Origin: a virus
DNA: 30,200 bases
Reading direction: 5' to 3' (one strand)
Virus genome (UHGV): UHGV-0253090
Of the stretch, positions 1 to 6,539 are shown piece after piece. The stretch's first letter is position 1. Every line of letters begins with the position of its first letter. The notes under the pieces are model-generated. The model worked only from the letters and a program-made list of their open reading frames with translations, was not told where the DNA came from and searched no databases. The position numbers and the translations under genes were made by a program.

Positions 1-422
1 TCCAGCAGTTCATCAATCACCGGATCGTAACGACGAACAAAACCGTTGGTGTCCAGACAGGTATGAATGCCTTCTTTTTTGCAGGCGCGGAACCAGTCAC
101 GAACAAACTCAGCTTGTAGGATTGCCTCACCGCCGGATGCGGTAACGCCGCCGCCGGAAGCGTTCATAAAGTGGCGATAGGTCACCACTTCCTTCATCAA
201 ATCTTCAACGGTAACTTCTTTACCGCCATGCGTATCCCAGGTGTCGCGGTTATGACAATACAGGCAGCGCATCAGGCAGCCCTGGAAAAAGGTGATAAAG
301 CGAATACCCGGGCCGTCTACGGTTCCACAGGATTCAAAGGAGTGAATGCGACCAATAACTGACTTGGTAGCCCCCGCCGCAGCGGTATTTTCTGTTGTAT
401 TACAATTAGTTAAATTACTCAT
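1..422 (-). CDS. pflA: Pyruvate formate-lyase activating enzyme (radical SAM), 5' portion; gene runs off the window edge. N-terminus differs from canonical PflA.
   Basis: Own translation of the minus strand gives [20 protein letters not shown] followed by [44 protein letters not shown]...[17 protein letters not shown], matching E. coli PflA from residue 2 on, including the CxxxCxxC radical-SAM motif. Start ATG at 420-422 (minus). Confidence 0.85.
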   Translation of the reverse strand, partial: MSNLTNCNTTENTAAAGATKSVIGRIHSFESCGTVDGPGIRFITFFQGCLMRCLYCHNRDTWDTHGGKEVTVEDLMKEVVTYRHFMNASGGGVTASGGEAILQAEFVRDWFRACKKEGIHTCLDTNGFVRRYDPVIDELL

Positions 423-453
423 ATCGCTTCAATTGGCTCTAGTTAACTCTGGT

Positions 454-1449
454 TTATGGACGCATTATGGACATTCCTGACACCGGGTTAAGAGTCACAG
501 CATCTTGTAAGAAATCCGGTGCAAAGTGTGCGTAGGTCATAGTTTGCTGAATGTTAGAATGACCCAGGATGCGCTGCAATGTGATTATGTTACCTCCATT
601 CATTATAAAATGTGTGGCAAATGTATGCCTCAAAACATGCACTGCCTGTCCGTCAGGTAAATCGGGTTTTACTTCCCTGAGAGCGTTGCGCACTTTGTAG
701 TAACTGGCATTAAAAAGCCTGCCAGAATTTTTGGTTTTGATCCGTTTAATCAAGTCCTGCGAAACGGGAATTGTCCTGCGCTTTCCGTTTTTAGTTTTCA
801 TAAACGTAACCATCTGGTTAATGATGTGTTCAGCTTTTAAATTAGACACTTCACTCCAGCGTCCACCAGTAGAAAGGCAGACCAGAGTCGCATTTAATTC
901 ATCACCATCAAGCATGGATAACAGTCGCGTAATCTCTTCACTGGACAAAAAAGCCATTTCTGTAACAGCTTCACGTAACCGCTTAACCTCACGGAACGGG
1001 TTGTGAGAGTGGTATTCACCGGCGTCAATTAACTTGGTGAACATCCCGCTCATTATTGCCAGATGCCGATTTACGCTGGCTGGTTTTAGACCATCGTTCA
1101 TCATTACAACGCGATAATCAGTTATCGTTTTCTTTGTTAGCTGGTCAGCTCTGGACACTCCCATTTCTGCAAATTTGGCGATTATTGTCGTTAAACGCCC
1201 CCGTTCAATATCTCCACGCTCATGTGATTTTCCGTGATATATCCACCATCTGCCTAACAACTCTGTAAGAGTTCGGCGGTCGGCTGGTTTCTCCAGCCAC
1301 TCTTTGTTGTGGTAGTTAACCAGTACATGACGTTCGAATGCTTGAGCTTCACCTTTAGTTTTAAATTTCCGCCTGATACGTTTTCCATCTGCACCCTGCG
1401 GTCTGACGTCCACTTCATAACGACCATCATCGAGCTTTTTAATAGACAT
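454..1449 (-). CDS. int: P2-type tyrosine integrase
   Basis: 331-aa ORF starting MSIKKLDDGRYEV, with C-terminal HxLRHTFAT...LGH...Y catalytic region typical of P2/186 integrases. GGAGGG SD 4 nt upstream of the ATG. Lies next to the host junction. Confidence 0.92.
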   Translation of the reverse strand: MSIKKLDDGRYEVDVRPQGADGKRIRRKFKTKGEAQAFERHVLVNYHNKEWLEKPADRRTLTELLGRWWIYHGKSHERGDIERGRLTTIIAKFAEMGVSRADQLTKKTITDYRVVMMNDGLKPASVNRHLAIMSGMFTKLIDAGEYHSHNPFREVKRLREAVTEMAFLSSEEITRLLSMLDGDELNATLVCLSTGGRWSEVSNLKAEHIINQMVTFMKTKNGKRRTIPVSQDLIKRIKTKNSGRLFNASYYKVRNALREVKPDLPDGQAVHVLRHTFATHFIMNGGNIITLQRILGHSNIQQTMTYAHFAPDFLQDAVTLNPVSGMSIMRP

Positions 1450-1542
1450 AAAGCCCTCCGATGACGCTGTTTACTTCTACTACTTGAAAATTAATGCAAT
1501 TTTCTTTCGTACATTTACTACACACATATGCTGAATAAATCG

Positions 1543-1842
1543 TCAGCCAGTTTTCTGGTCTGAGTGGTGCAAGGTTGTTGAGTCTTGCCCAATGTGTGCG
1601 AGAGCCGGGGCTATTTGTCCAGCTGCTGGATCTGTTTCATCAAACATGAACCAGTCACGATACTTGCGAAAGCGTGGATGCTTAAACAGCTTCATACCTG
1701 CTTCCATAGGCATTTTTGATTTTCCTGATTCATATCCATGATATGTGTAGTAATTAATTCCAATTAATTCAGCAAGTTCCTTAGTTTTAAGGCGTTCGGA
1801 TTCACGGATGAGCTTTAGTTTTTCACTTTGTTCACTTGACAT
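1543..1842 (-). CDS. C: Immunity repressor C (P2 C-like, HTH)
   Basis: From the internal ATG the product is 99 aa (MSSEQSEK...GQIAPALAHIGQDSTTLHHSDQKTG), co-linear with P2 C (99 aa, MSNTISEK...GQIAPALAHFGQ...SGQKTG). The ORF track extends to 1860 using a TTG start. Confidence 0.85.
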   Translation of the reverse strand: MSSEQSEKLKLIRESERLKTKELAELIGINYYTYHGYESGKSKMPMEAGMKLFKHPRFRKYRDWFMFDETDPAAGQIAPALAHIGQDSTTLHHSDQKTG

Positions 1843-1935
1843 AATTTTGCTAATCTCCAATTATATTGCTACTTGGCAATTTGTGATTCACTCAAAAAGG
1901 CTCTAGAAGGCTCCAGTTGGTGAATCGCAAATCTT
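1843..1935. promoter_or_regulatory. Lysis/lysogeny switch region between divergent C and cox (Pc/Pe-type promoters and operators)
   Basis: Intergenic region between divergent repressor and cox genes. Contains a 13-bp inverted repeat (atttgtgattcac 1879-1891 / gtgaatcgcaaat 1920-1932), tandem 10-bp direct repeats (aaggctctag / aaggctccag, about 1897-1916) and a perfect TATAAT on the minus strand (1859-1864). Confidence 0.55.
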
Positions 1936-2307
1936 ATGGAGGATAGCAAAGTGACGACAAATGTAGAAATTTCTTGTCCAACTAGCGATGAGGCAAGTTT
2001 CGAAAATGAAGCCAAACGTAAAAGCATTCAGATTTCAGAGCGCCCATCTGATTTGCTGTCGAAAGAAGGTTTTGCTCTTTACATCGGTAAGACACCACGC
2101 GCGGTGGCTGAAATGGCTAAAGCAGGAAAGCTGCCAGCCTTCTACATGACAGACCCATTAAAACCAAGAGGGAAAGCTGAATTATGGATTAATCGCCGTG
2201 AGTGGGACAAGTACGCAGCCCAACTGGTTGATGAAGCTCCGACAGAATGGCATGACTGGAAAAATCGCATTAGTTACAGCAAATCAAGACATGGCCGTGC
2301 GGCTTAA
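1936..2307 (+). CDS. cox: Cox-like excisionase / transcriptional regulator; start uncertain (ATG 1936 or GTG 1951 after GGAGGA)
   Basis: Core YIGKTPRAVAEMAKAGKLPAFYMTDP aligns with the P2 Cox HTH region (LIGKSTGAVRRMIDKGKLPVIDMTDP). Divergent from C as in P2. The ORF is about 30 aa longer at the N-terminus than P2 Cox. Confidence 0.75.
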   Translation: MEDSKVTTNVEISCPTSDEASFENEAKRKSIQISERPSDLLSKEGFALYIGKTPRAVAEMAKAGKLPAFYMTDPLKPRGKAELWINRREWDKYAAQLVDEAPTEWHDWKNRISYSKSRHGRAA

Positions 2308-2317
2308 GGTGGAAAGG

Positions 2318-2488
2318 ATGAACGAGCCTCGTTGTATTGCTCAGTTATTGCGTAACGAAAGCCCCAGGGCGATTGACTTCACCATCACCCACGGAAAGGG
2401 TCGCAAGGGAATCATTATCCGCACCAAAAAACAGAGTCCGTTAAAAAAGGCTCTGACCTTTCTGAAAAGCCGGAGGGTCTGGAAATGA
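2318..2488 (+). CDS. Small hypothetical early protein (position of P2 orf78); start chosen at ATG 2318 behind a GGAAAGG SD
   Basis: ORF track frame 2198-2488. The internal ATG at 2318 has a good SD. Basic, 56 aa. Positioned between cox and B. Confidence 0.45.
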   Translation: MNEPRCIAQLLRNESPRAIDFTITHGKGRKGIIIRTKKQSPLKKALTFLKSRRVWK

Positions 2489-2985
2489 CAGTGATGACGC
2501 TCAATCTCGTCGAAAAACAGCCAGCAGCTATGCGCCGGATAATTGGTAAGCATCTTGCCGTCCCTCGCTGGCAGGAGACATGTGATTATTATAATCAGAT
2601 GATGGAGCGCGAACGGCTAACAGTTTGCTTTCATGCGCAGTTAAAACAACGTCACGCAACGATGCGTTTTGAAGAAATGAACGACGTCGAACGTGAACGG
2701 CTGGTTTGTGCAATTGATGAACTGCGTGGGGCATTCTCAAAACGCCGTCAGGTTGGCGCAAGTGAGTATGCATATATTAGTTTTTTAACAGTCAGTCAGC
2801 GTCGTACTTTATTTATGCATGCCGGATTGACTGAAAAAGAATTCAATCAGCCATACTGGCGAATTAATGAAGAGTCATGTTACTGGCGTGATGCTTTATT
2901 CCGTGCATTACGTGAACTATTCAGTCTGTTTGAGTATGCACCGACAATTCTGACGTCGGTAAAACCAGAGCAATATTTGCATTAA
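2485..2985 (+). CDS. B: Replication protein B (P2 gpB-like)
   Basis: 166 aa, same length as P2 gpB. GGAGGG SD 7 nt upstream. ATGA overlap with the upstream ORF. Position between cox and A. Confidence 0.85.
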   Translation: MTVMTLNLVEKQPAAMRRIIGKHLAVPRWQETCDYYNQMMERERLTVCFHAQLKQRHATMRFEEMNDVERERLVCAIDELRGAFSKRRQVGASEYAYISFLTVSQRRTLFMHAGLTEKEFNQPYWRINEESCYWRDALFRALRELFSLFEYAPTILTSVKPEQYLH

Positions 2986-3048
2986 ATAATTAACCAGAGT
3001 TTTTAACGCACTTAATCGTGCGGGGCTTCTTTTTGCCTGGAGAAAGTC

Positions 3049-3273
3049 ATGCATACAGTTTCTGAAAATCAGTGCGGTAAATACGCATTACTGCTGCAAC
3101 AGGCCAGAACCGAAGCACAGGCCGACGCTGCGACGCGCTTTTCTTCTCATCTTGACGCCATGATTCGCCATATCACAAAGGCGGAGTTATCCCGCGTGGA
3201 GATAGTCGAGCTGCTCAGTCAGGAGTCGGAAAAATTTCACAATATCGGATTGTCTCGCGGGGAGGTGCTTTGA
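3049..3273 (+). CDS. Hypothetical early protein (P2 orf80-like)
   Basis: 74-aa ORF with GGAGAAAG SD. First of four translationally coupled small ORFs upstream of A, as in P2. Confidence 0.7.
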   Translation: MHTVSENQCGKYALLLQQARTEAQADAATRFSSHLDAMIRHITKAELSRVEIVELLSQESEKFHNIGLSRGEVL

Positions 3274-3572
3274 TGTCCTGTTCTCATTCAGTTGTATTAC
3301 TGAATAACGCCTTAAAAATCGCCGTTATGGAAAATGGTGATTTGTCTCTTATTCAACTTTGTCTTGATAAAGAAAAACGCGACATAACTGAATCTGTTAT
3401 CGCGATTTATCAGAATGAATTAAACCTCCTGTCTGATGTGGTCAATTTACTTGTTAAACGCGCTGTGTTCTACAAGCAAATTTCCTCAGTGGATGAACTG
3501 ACAAAATTAACGACAGAACTCGCCAGTTATTGCGCTGATGTATCCAGGAAACTTAACGATAAAAGGAGCTGA
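3270..3572 (+). CDS. Hypothetical early protein (P2 orf81-like)
   Basis: 100-aa ORF, ATGA overlap with the previous ORF. Confidence 0.7.
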   Translation: MMSCSHSVVLLNNALKIAVMENGDLSLIQLCLDKEKRDITESVIAIYQNELNLLSDVVNLLVKRAVFYKQISSVDELTKLTTELASYCADVSRKLNDKRS

Positions 3573-3574
3573 TA

Positions 3575-3799
3575 ATGCCGGACAACGTAGATTTTATTCA
3601 GGAACAACAGGCTGAATTACTGGAGCGCCAGATTAACGCGGCAAGGGTAAAACATTGCGGTGCTTCTGCGCTGGTTTGCGAAGAGTGTGATGCGCCAATA
3701 TCTGCTGCCCGTCGTGCGGCTTATCCGTCAGCCACGCGTTGTGTTTCCTGTCAGTCAGTCTTTGAAGCAAAAAACAAACATTACCGGAGAACGGCATGA
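3575..3799 (+). CDS. TraR/DksA-family C4 zinc-finger protein (P2 orf82-like)
   Basis: 74 aa with CGASALVCEECDAPI...RCVSC (Cx2C...Cx2C) in a DksA/TraR-like arrangement. AAGGAG SD. Confidence 0.8.
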   Translation: MPDNVDFIQEQQAELLERQINAARVKHCGASALVCEECDAPISAARRAAYPSATRCVSCQSVFEAKNKHYRRTA

Positions 3800-4071
3800 G
3801 TATTCGTATTGAAATTGGCGAACGTTATGTCGTTACCAGTGACAGCTTTCAGTTTATTCTCCACGAGAAAAAGAGAGCGGAAAGCGGTAAAAACGCCGGT
3901 CAGGAATGGCTGTCGGTGGTTGGTTATTACCCGAAATTAAGCCAGCTCGTTTCCGGCCTGATGCATCACGATATTCTGACCGGAAGCGCAAAATCTTTTG
4001 CCGATTTAAACGCGCAGGTTGAGCAACTCAGCAAGCGTTGTTCAGAGGCTTTTGGCTCATATGGCCGTTAA
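3796..4071 (+). CDS. Hypothetical early protein (P2 orf83-like)
   Basis: 91-aa ORF, ATGA overlap with the zinc-finger ORF. Ends overlapping the A start. Confidence 0.7.
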   Translation: MSIRIEIGERYVVTSDSFQFILHEKKRAESGKNAGQEWLSVVGYYPKLSQLVSGLMHHDILTGSAKSFADLNAQVEQLSKRCSEAFGSYGR

Positions 4072-6334
4072 AGCCTCCGGGCGTTTTGTCCCTCCGTCAG
4101 CATTTGCCGCAGGTACCGGTAAGACGTTTACCGGTGCTTATGCATGGAACGCGCCACGCGAGGCTGTCGGGCGCGAAAGACCCCTTACACGTGACGAGAT
4201 GCGTCAGGTGCAAGGTGTTTTATCCACGATTAACCGTCTGCCTTACTTTTTGCGCTCGCTGTTTACTTCACGCTATGACTACATCCGGCGCAATAAAAGC
4301 CCGGTGCACGGGTTTTATTTCCTCACATCCACTTTTCAGCGTCGTTTATGGCCGCGCATTGAGCGTGTGAATCAGCGCCATGAAATGAACACCGACGCGT
4401 CGTTGCTGTTTCTGGCAGAGCGCGACCAGTATGCGCGCCTGCCGGGGATGAATGACAAGGAGCTGAAAAAGTTTGCCGCCCGAATCTCATCGCAGCTTTT
4501 CATGATGTATGAGGAACTCTGCGATGCCTGGGTGGATGCGCATGGCGAAAAAGAATCGCTGTTTACGGATGAGGCGCAGGCTCACCTGTATGGTCATGTT
4601 GCTGGCGCTGCACGTGCTTTCAATATTTCCCCGCTTTACTGGAGAAAATACCGTAAAGGGCAGATGACCACGAGGCAGGCATATTCTGCCATTGCCCGCC
4701 TGTTTAACGATGAGTGGTGGATTAGTCAGCTTAAAGGCCAGCGTATGCGCTGGCATGAGGCGTTACTGATTGCTGTCGGGGAGGTGAATAAAGACCGTTC
4801 TCCTTATGCCAGTAAACATGCCATTCGTGATGTGCGTGCACGCCGCCAGGCAAATCTGGAATTTCTTAAATCGTGTGACCTTGAAAACAGGGAAACCGGC
4901 GAGCGCATCGACCTTATCAGTAAGGTGATGAGCAGTATTTCTAATCCTGAAATTCGCCGGATGGAGCTGATGAACACCATTGCCGGTATTGAGCGTTACG
5001 CCGCCGCAGAGGGTGATGTGGGGATGTTTATCACGCTTACCGCGCCGTCAAAGTATCACCCGACACGTCAGGTCGGAAAAGGCGAAAGTAAAACCGTCCA
5101 GCTAAATCACGGCTGGAACGATGAGGCATTTAATCCAAAGGATGCGCAGCGTTATCTCTGCCATATCTGGAGCCTGATGCGCACGGCATTCAAGGATAAT
5201 GATTTACAGGTCTACGGTTTGCGTGTCGTCGAGCCACACCACGACGGAACGCCGCACTGGCATATGATGCTTTTTTGTAATCCACGCCAGCGTAACCAGA
5301 TTATCGAAATCATGCGTCGCTATGCGCTCAAAGAGGATGGCGACGAAAGAGGAGCCGCGCGAAACCGTTTTCAGGCAAAACACCTTAACCAGGGCGGTGC
5401 TGCGGGGTATATCGCGAAATACATCTCAAAAAACATCGATGGCTATGCACTGGATGGTCAGCTCGATAACGATACCGGCAGACCGCTGAAAGACACTGCT
5501 GCGGCTGTTACCGCATGGGCGTCAACGTGGCGCATCCCACAATTTAAAACGGTTGGTCTGCCGACAATGGGGGCTTACCGTGAACTACGCAAATTGCCTC
5601 GCGGCGTCAGCATTGCTGATGAGTTTGACGAACGCGTTGAGGCTGCACGTGCCGCCGCAGACAGTGGTGATTTTGCGTTGTATATCAGCGCGCAGGGTGG
5701 GGCAAATGTTCCGCGTGATTGTCAGACTGTCAGGGTTGCCCGTAGTCCGTCGGATGACGTTAACGAGTACGAGGAAGAAGTCGAGAGAGTGGTCGGCATT
5801 TACGCGCCGCATCTCGGCGCGCGTCATATTCATATCACCAGAACGACGGACTGGCGCATTGTGCCGAAAGTTCCGGTCGTTGAGCCTTTGACTTTAAAAA
5901 GCGGCATCGCCGCGCCTCGGAGTCCTGTCAATAACTGTGGAAAGCTCACCGGTGGTGATACTTCGTTACCGGCTCCCACGCCTTCTGAGCACGCCGCAGC
6001 AGTGCTTAATCTGGTTGATGACGGTGTTATCGAATGGAATGACCCGGAGGTCGTGAGGGCGCTCAGAAGCGCATTAAAACACGGCCTGAGAAGACCAAAC
6101 CGTCAGCAAAGAAACGGAAGCCCGTTAAAACCGCATGAAATAGCGCCATCGGCCAGACTTACCCGGTCGGAACGAATGCAAATTACCCGTATCCGCGTTG
6201 ACCTTGCTCAGAACGGTATCAGGCCGCAGCGATGGGAGCTTGAGGCGCTGGCGCGTGGGGCAACCGTAAATTATGACGGGAAAAAATTCACGTATCCGAT
6301 TGCTGAAGAGTGGTCGGGATTTTCCTCAAACTAA
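4061..6334 (+). CDS. A: Replication initiation endonuclease A (rolling-circle Rep, P2 gpA-like)
   Basis: About 757 aa from ATG 4061 (MAVKASGRFVPP...), matching my recall of the P2 gpA N-terminus and length (761 aa). Contains a HxH-like PHHDGTPHWHMML and the conserved GYIAKYISK region of rolling-circle initiators. The ORF track start at 4019 is a TTG. Confidence 0.9.
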   Translation: MAVKASGRFVPPSAFAAGTGKTFTGAYAWNAPREAVGRERPLTRDEMRQVQGVLSTINRLPYFLRSLFTSRYDYIRRNKSPVHGFYFLTSTFQRRLWPRIERVNQRHEMNTDASLLFLAERDQYARLPGMNDKELKKFAARISSQLFMMYEELCDAWVDAHGEKESLFTDEAQAHLYGHVAGAARAFNISPLYWRKYRKGQMTTRQAYSAIARLFNDEWWISQLKGQRMRWHEALLIAVGEVNKDRSPYASKHAIRDVRARRQANLEFLKSCDLENRETGERIDLISKVMSSISNPEIRRMELMNTIAGIERYAAAEGDVGMFITLTAPSKYHPTRQVGKGESKTVQLNHGWNDEAFNPKDAQRYLCHIWSLMRTAFKDNDLQVYGLRVVEPHHDGTPHWHMMLFCNPRQRNQIIEIMRRYALKEDGDERGAARNRFQAKHLNQGGAAGYIAKYISKNIDGYALDGQLDNDTGRPLKDTAAAVTAWASTWRIPQFKTVGLPTMGAYRELRKLPRGVSIADEFDERVEAARAAADSGDFALYISAQGGANVPRDCQTVRVARSPSDDVNEYEEEVERVVGIYAPHLGARHIHITRTTDWRIVPKVPVVEPLTLKSGIAAPRSPVNNCGKLTGGDTSLPAPTPSEHAAAVLNLVDDGVIEWNDPEVVRALRSALKHGLRRPNRQQRNGSPLKPHEIAPSARLTRSERMQITRIRVDLAQNGIRPQRWELEALARGATVNYDGKKFTYPIAEEWSGFSSN

Positions 6335-6506
6335 TAATGATGTTTGACAAAGAGATGTTGATGAGACTAAAAATTTTATTTGTCTGTATAACCATTCGGT
6401 TAGAGTACAATAGTTCCGAGTGATAGGAATACAAATAATGACTAAGTTTTCAACATGCGATTGTTATGGGTTGAATTAAAGGTAAATAACTATGTTAAAT
6501 AATATA

Positions 6507-6539
6507 GGGCAAGAGGGTGTTCTTGCCCTTTGTTTATTT
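6507..6539. terminator. Bidirectional rho-independent terminator between A and the SIR2 gene
   Basis: Perfect 8-bp stem GGGCAAGA (6507-6514) / TCTTGCCC (6521-6528) with a 6-nt loop, T-rich on both sides. Sits immediately 3' of the minus-strand SIR2 gene stop (6538-6540). Confidence 0.6.

Noticed and set aside
171-362. 63-aa plus-strand ORF
   Set aside because: It lies antisense to the well-supported pflA reading frame and has no SD or sequence features of its own. Spurious.
4019-4060. Upstream extension of gene A to a TTG at 4019, and similar upstream extensions of P, O, L and X in the ORF track
   Set aside because: The internal ATG starts reproduce the known P2 protein lengths and have better SD context. 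The extensions overlap upstream genes.
4038-4370. 110-aa ORF in an alternative frame at the 5' end of gene A
   Set aside because: Overlaps the A frame out of frame. Cys/Arg-rich product typical of a shadow ORF.
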